A DNA stretch of 64,000 nucleotides from positions 10,478,001 to 10,542,000 of the forward strand of contig CP075497.1 of NCBI GenBank assembly GCA_021613535.1, in the 5' to 3' direction. This document shows, in pieces, positions 62,979 to 64,000 of the stretch. The DNA is from Adineta vaga (Eukaryota; Animalia; Rotifera). The notes beneath the pieces are model-generated. The model did no database searches, was not told the DNA's origin, and saw only the letters and a list, made by a program, of their open reading frames with translations. Positions within the stretch are counted from its first letter, which is position 1. Each line of letters begins with the position of its first letter. Both the position numbers and the translations under genes were made by a program.

Positions 62979-64000
62979 TGTGTATGTTCTGATAATTTAA
63001 ATGATCAAACTAGAAAGGAAAAAAAAGCAAAATGATTTGTGCAAGAATAAACAAGAGAATACAAATAGAACTTTTAAAGGTTTCCTTCATTTCTTCCACT
63101 CAAGACACAAATTATCAAACAATTTCTTTTCTTTTTTTACAGAACAACTCGGTGAAAAAAAAACTCCATGAATAATATTTTAATGCAAGTAAAAGTCTAC
63201 TACATATGCTGGTAGCAGATGCAACTTTTTCTATCGACCTATGGCACAATTACTAGACTAGGAAGAATGAAAAGAAAATCGTTCTCAATTCAGCCAAATA
63301 CGTTTTCTCGTACTCGTTCTTTTCTCATTGTGACCTTGCATGTTGTGCCTGTCGCAAAACTTATTGTCTATGATCGTAGAATATACATTTCACATTACTC
63401 TTATTCTTTCTTTTTACAAACGATATATTTCGATCATATCTATACTAATCCACAAAACGTTTTTTTTTTGTCTTTATTCTTTTAAGTAACCAATGCAGAG
63501 TGAAGACGGCAAAAAAACTATACATATATACGCATAAGATCGAAGAAGATATAAATCTCTGGTTGTTCGAGTAAATAAGGCCAAAAAAATGGCTTATCTA
63601 CTACGATTACTCAATGTATATAGAGATAGATAGATAGATATATTAATAGAAGTTAACAAAAGTTTCTTGCGGTCTTTGTCCTTCTCATTTTTTTCTTTGC
63701 ATATGGATGATGTACCAGAGAGCGAACGAGAGAAAAAGCCGCATATATAAATATATATATATATGTACGTGTGTGCGTGCATATACGCTTTAGAGGACAA
63801 CAACTATGATTGTACACTAAAATTTCCTGTTACATCACTGCTTTATTCTCGTCCTTTTATTCCTCTCTTCGTTCTTCCTCTTTTTTTACGCGATCGCCTT
63901 TGTAGGCCAAAGCAAGCAGAGACTTTTGCGAAGCAGAGCCAAAAAAAGAACGAGAGAAGAAATAGAAAAGAAGCACAGACATTGAATTGCGCAAGCGAAG

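Overview
Eukaryotic, very AT-rich, gene-dense genomic DNA with many short (mostly 50-65 bp) GT-AG introns. The gene content (lineage-expanded class A GPCRs, TRAF, a SWIM/AT-hook Mutator relic, a bacterial-type DKNYY protein) suggests a bdelloid rotifer; this taxon call is an inference. About 23 protein-coding genes were reconstructed by hand: SUZ-domain protein (3' end), PPP1R3-like, three GPCRs (one with a premature stop), SDE2, a 19-exon divergent PIWI, IQUB, FAM227, a coiled-coil orphan, a Ser-rich FAM89/FAM167-like protein, a single-C2 protein, a RIB43A-like gene absent from the ORF track, a divergent TAF6, a small orphan, a claudin-like protein, KCMF1, RABL6, an atypical DUSP, a DKNYY-repeat protein, TENT5/FAM46, TRAF, a biotin protein ligase and an SLC2A/GLUT transporter with a frameshift. 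Mobile DNA comprises a 766-bp non-autonomous Mutator-like element (TIRs, perfect 9-bp TSD) and a MITE-like fold-back; several decayed gene relics are also visible. Most notable: (1) a fully intact PIWI whose three readable slicer residues are all substituted (D>A, D>N, H>Q) and whose MID pocket is altered; (2) divergent RIB43A-like and TAF6-like genes whose start codons are only 42 bp apart; (3) several tightly spaced co-oriented gene pairs with an AG acceptor at the ATG, i.e. candidate trans-spliced operons. No tRNA, rRNA or CRISPR array was recognised.
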